A stretch of 64,000 bases of DNA from Amoebidium appalachense. Taxonomy: Eukaryota; Protista; Ichthyosporea. The position numbers and the translations under genes are program-made. Below, piece by piece: positions 56,921 through 64,000 of this stretch. The notes under the pieces were generated by a model. The model saw only the letters and a program-made list of their open reading frames with translations, did not search any database and was not told where the DNA came from. The first letter of the stretch is position 1; every line of letters begins with the position of its first letter. The DNA lies in the NCBI GenBank assembly GCA_963693365.1, contig CAVNZM010000014.1, positions 2,790,001-2,854,000 on the forward strand. Direction: 5' to 3'.

Positions 56921-57810
56921 TTCTTTTGACTCGGTTTTATTGATCCGTTGACGAAGGCAACGTGCAGCCACAGGCTACATAACCACCAATAGAACTGAAA
57001 AAGCCAAAGTTACGAAATAAAAATAAAGCGACAAGTGACAAAGGACACCAGGCTGCGGGCAAAACCTTAAGTGTACGTGTATGCGTGAAACTAGTTTGCT
57101 CCAACTAGCATATGCATCGATGTTGACCAGACCACACTCCGCAAGAAGACATCATTACTGCTGGTTCCCAACAGGCCCCCCTCAAAACCTACCGAGGCAC
57201 AGCAAGCAAGTCAGCCTCTAAAAGAGCAATGCAGACCAAATCCGAGCTAAAAAACAATCCCAACGGGCCCGGCCCCTAGATAACCCGGAGAAACTGCATC
57301 TAGCTCTCTGATAAGGTGGCCTAGTTGTGGCAGGACACACAGAAAAACACAATTACAGAATGCATGCAAGCAAACCCGGTCATTGCCACACGACTGGAGG
57401 CTAAGGACTGGCAGTCACTTGGAAAGCTCCCCGACGACCAAGTAGCCGCCCCTCCACTCACGCAGTGCAGAAGTAGCTGAAGAAGTTGCAGCAGCCCACC
57501 GCCAATAGGTCGCGTAGAAGCGTAGACAGCGTATAGAAGTTACCATAGGTTGCAGTGGACCACCAGGCGTTGAAGAAACCACTTCTCAAGCGAGAAACTC
57601 CGCGAAAGGGAGATGCCCCCACGCTCTCACAGCAATAGGAACACACCAGGCAACACCACACACGCACTGCAGTCACGTTCCCCTGAGTGGGACGTCCCTC
57701 CCACCACAAAAAGAAGAAACGAAAGCCTTTATATACCTGCCATGGCCATGGTGAAGAATCGGGGAAAAAAGTTGACGTGACAGCTAAGAGATCGAAGTGA
57801 AAGCGAAGTC
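56921..57810 (-). mobile_element. ~0.9-kb non-autonomous retroposon, copy 2
   Basis: 10-bp TSD CATGTAAATT at 56911-56920 and 57811-57820. Same 5' start GACTTC as copy 1 and 3' end AATAAAACCGAGTCAAAAGAA. Confidence 0.85.
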
Positions 57811-58897
57811 CATGTAAATTCTGAAATATTGCAACACAGAGGCCGACGGGCACAGTATGTGCATGTGCGCAAAGCAACGATCATAGAACGGTGCACGTAG
57901 GGGGGGGGGGGGGGAGGGGGAGGGGGGGAGGGGGGGGGGGGGGGGGGGGCTCCCGGGAGGGGCTGGTAAGGGTGGTCGATGGGGGACGGCAGGGAGGGGG
58001 CAGGGAGGAGGGGGGAGGGGGGGGGGGGGGGGGGGGGGCAGGGGAATTTATTAGGAGCCTGATCGTAGCTATAGTAGAGGTGGGGAAGGGGAGAGGGGAC
58101 CCGGGGGAAGAGGACGGGGGGGAATGAGGGAGGGAGGGGAGAGGGGGGGGGGGGGGGGGGGGGGGGGATAGAAACACGGGCCGAGAACTCATTTTGCTAT
58201 GACAGACGATAGGCAATTCATATATAATTAGATGAATTGGGGTGGGGGATAAGTTTTGCGGACGGGAACTGCAAGGTGAAAGGCAGATCGGTATCCCATG
58301 CAGTGGGCCGGGTATGAGGTCTAGGCCGATACTTCCCATATATGGCGTATCACGACATTTGGGCAAGTAGTGGGCGATGCACTGTGTCATGTACAACGTT
58401 GGCCTCGGTATAACATAATACGCAATATGCAAACCTTCTCAATTGATACGGATTACCACTGCACTGTAAAGATGATAGAAGCCAAAGCACGGGGCCCGTG
58501 TCGATACAGTGTGTAATGATTACGTTTCCAAGGAAGGGAGCGCCGGGGGGGGGGGGGGGGGGGGGAGGGGGGGGAGGGGGGGGCGGGCCCCGACCCCGGG
58601 GGAAAGGGCTGGGGGGGAGGGGGGGGGGGGGGAGAGGGGGGGGATGGGGGGGGGGGGGGGGGGGGGGGGGGGAGATGCAGCGAGTGCAATAATTGGGCTC
58701 CTGTGCCCAGCATACCCAGAGCTGGGGAAGATTTGGGGGGGAGGGAGGCGGTCTTTCTAGCAACACATCCTTTCTCAGAGCTTCCCCTAAACCCATAAAT
58801 GAACAACTGAAGTTTACGGTATTGATTCCCCACCTCCCCTCTCCGTCCGCCTCCCTGGGTTGGTTCTAGCTAAGCAATGCCGTCCTTGCATGGATCA

Positions 58898-58940
<43 letters not shown>

Positions 58941-59262
58941 CTCTCCCTCTCCCTCTTTCTCTTTCTGAGAATGTTCACCGGAATCTGTCACATCACGAAT
59001 GATTATCCAATGCATCACGTATGGTTCATAGGTTTCCCCCTCCATCCGGCCCTTACCCCCTCCTCTCCCCCCACCCACAATCAGGTAGCAGAAGGGATCA
59101 AAATACACATTCTCAGTGCAGAACTAACCAGCTAATGTGTACACAATAGATCTTCATGACATGGGCACATGCAAGCTTCAAATTCACGGCTTTTTGTATG
59201 GAAATCTAGCATATGCATGCACACATCTCTGTGGCCATTTTAACCAAAAACCGTTCCCCCCC

Positions 59263-59318
<56 letters not shown>

Positions 59319-59834
59319 AGCTCCATATCACCACCACGGGAAAATAACGTTGAGAAAGGATTCGTAAACTCCCAGTGAGGCCTAGCAACTTAGCCGGCCC
59401 TTCTTGATGGCACGCCTTTGTTTGGTGATGCCTACGAAGAAAAAAAAATCAATGACACATATAGTTATAAACCAATAATTGCACTCCGGGAGACAACGGC
59501 AACATAACAGAAGATGTTTTTACCTACGGGCCCGGCAGTGTGGTGTTTACATAACGCAACGCCGAGAAACACCACTTAGACCTTAAATAACCCCCTGTGG
59601 CTGGCAGATTTAAGCCCTTGGGAATTTGGGGGTACATAGAGCGGAAATTTGATATTTGGCTTCACCTCAATTTCAGATGAATCACTGTGTATCTGTGTAT
59701 TATATATTTCATAGTTCAGGTTTAACACGTCAATTGCCTTACATTGCATTAGTAGGCGTACACACTTTTTCGAACAAGGATTCGAACTATAAAAGCCACA
59801 CTGACGGACCGGCCCTAAAACGGGAAATACTCCC

Positions 59835-60963
59835 TGTTGGAGTGCAGACTTACGCTCACTCCACAATATGTGTATGTTAGCTTTACAATTGGTTCCGTGT
59901 ACACAGACACACGCTGACACTCGATCACCACATGCACATCTGCATAGTTGAGGAATGTTGCCAATTGTGTTTTGACTGCAAACGATTGGTTCACTGGTCC
60001 CAGAGATCTCTAAATGAAAGTAACCAATCCGATTAGCACCTGGCATCCGGATTACATTCCAGACTGCTGCCCCACGGGTATATAAGCCACGTCTCTGCCA
60101 GGTGCAGAAATGGAGTTCAGTCATGGAGTTCAGTCATGGAGTTCAGTCATGGAGTTCAGTCATGGAGTTAACACACTGAAAGCAGTAAAAAACGGGTCAG
60201 CGCCCAAGCGCGCCACGACGACCCTAGTCACAGCGGACTCTACTTCCAACAGGGTTATGGGCCCAGACACGACACCGCGGCCTCTAACTTCACGTCCCCT
60301 ACGACGCCTTGAACGGAGGAGCCAGAAACCGACTTCTAGGCTGTACCCTACACCCGCGAGCGTATTTCCGTGAAGTAGAGACTTTCGCTTCCACAAACTC
60401 CATCCGCAGCAGCCTGCGACATCAATGTGAACGTCAAGTATTCCACTTCATTGGCGGGGCACGCACCACAGTGGAATGCACACCCCGGTCTACCCTGCAA
60501 GCAGCCACACTCACTCTCTCTTCTCTAGTGGTGTGTACACTTCTCCAATTGGGTAGGGGTGTTGGAGTGCAGACTTACGCTCACTCCACAATATGTGTAT
60601 GTTAGCTTTACAATTGGTTCCGTGTACACAGACACACGCTGACACTCGATCACCACATGCACATCTGCATAGTTGAGGAATGTTGCCAATTGTGTTTTGA
60701 CTGCAAACGATTGGTTCACTGGTCCCAGAGATCTCTAAATGAAAGTAACCAATCCGATTAGCACCTGGCATCCGGATTACATTCCAGACTGCTGCCCCAC
60801 GGGTATATAAGCCACGTCTCTGCCAGGTGCAGAAATGGAGTTCAGTCATGGAGTTCAGTCATGGAGTTCAGTCATGGAGTTAACACACTGAAAGCAGTAA
60901 AAAACGGGTCAGCGCCCAAGCGCGCCACGACGACCCTAGTCACAGCGGACTCTACTTCCAACA
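59835..60963 (+). mobile_element. Copia-type TRIM (miniature non-autonomous LTR retrotransposon)
   Basis: LTRs 59835-60251 and 60560-60963, both TGTTGGA...TCCAACA. 5-bp TSD CTCCC (59830-59834, 60964-60968). PBS GGTTATGGGCCCAG directly after the 5' LTR, purine tract GGGTAGGGG before the 3' LTR, and a 308-bp non-coding interior. Confidence 0.95.
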
Positions 60964-61421
60964 CTCCCCCCCCTCCCCCCTCCCCCTCCCCCCTCAAAAT
61001 GGATAATAATAATAATAATAAAAAAGAAGAGAGAGAGGGAGAAGAGAAGAGAAATTACAGGAACAAAGAAGAGGAAGAACACTACAGACAATATCACAGA
61101 TGTGTAGCAATCACTGCATATGGACAACATAAATAGTGGCACAGTTGCAACCAAAGAACCAAAGAAATGGGTGACCCGACTACATATTGATTGGGACGAG
61201 GTGGCCCAAAAACTTAACAGGCAAAAGGGAGTCACTATCTACAGGTGGGAACTGAAAATAGCAATATGGGAACCCTTTTTTCAAATACTAAAACGGAGGA
61301 ACGGGTTATGCCTATACATATATTTATATTCCGCCACCCTCCCAACTACCAACACCATCACCATCAATACGCCAAAGGTTAAGTATTACTATCAAGAACC
61401 CACGCATAAGGTTAGCTATTT

Positions 61422-63428
<2,007 letters not shown>

Positions 63429-63801
63429 CTGAAGTCCCAAACAGCCAATCAGACACCAGCATGATCTAACTTCTTGAACGTGGTACAAGGCATCGCTTAC
63501 CCGTGACTCTCCGCCCCCCCCACACACATACGTGCACACACACACACACACACACACATACACACACAAGAATCGTAAAATGAACAAGGGAGACGGTGGT
63601 GGTAAACAGAGAGCGAGCAGGTAGCTAGGGCAGTTTGCGATGATGTGATAATCCCACGGATGGGGGGGGGGGGGGGGGGGGGGGGGGGGGTGGCGGAGGG
63701 AGTGGAGTGTGTGCTTGTGTGTCTGTGGGTTGGCGTGTCACGGTGTGTGTGTGATGCATTTACATTGGTGTATGTAAATGATTCATATATTTACATACGT
63801 A

Positions 63802-63919
<118 letters not shown>

Positions 63920-64000
63920 AACACACACACACACATATGGATAGAGGGGGGGGGGGGGGGGGGAGAGAGAGAGAGAGAGAAGGGAGAGAGGAGAGAGAGA

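Noticed and set aside
58180-58530. Coding-looking unique sequence between poly-G tracts
   Set aside because: The frames are short or interrupted by stops, with no recognisable domain or consistent splice pattern.
60110-60168. 13-mer repeats as a CRISPR-like array
   Set aside because: Head-to-tail with no spacers; it is a minisatellite inside an LTR.

Overview
Eukaryotic genomic DNA with GT-AG introns, CTAAC/CTGAC branch points and introns packed with poly-C/poly-G and (CA)n/(CT)n tracts. The gene content suggests a unicellular opisthokont, possibly a holozoan (inference only). Almost all ORF-track entries are microsatellite artefacts. By hand-splicing I reconstructed four genes. (1) A 5'-partial PH-C2-RasGAP gene with 27 exons in the window (+, 1-20343), ending in a SAP-like module. 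(2) A complete 10-exon RETSAT-like FAD oxidoreductase (-, 32653-41697). (3) An intronless Pho85/PCL-type cyclin (-, 47956-48786). (4) The last exons of an unknown gene with a D-box-like motif (-, 61422-63428). Two Ser/Pro-rich gene relics carry in-frame stops that are all TAA/TAG. Mobile DNA includes a 5'-truncated LINE with a 9-bp TSD. A ~0.9-kb non-coding retroposon sharing the LINE 3' end is inserted in its 3' UTR, and a second copy with its own TSD lies at 56921-57810. There is also a very young Copia-type TRIM with a half-tRNAiMet PBS, and a ~130-nt repeat found in sense orientation in introns of three genes. Introns repeatedly contain duplicated copies ('echoes') of neighbouring exon-intron junctions. 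All assignments come from reading the sequence and recalled motifs; no searches were run.
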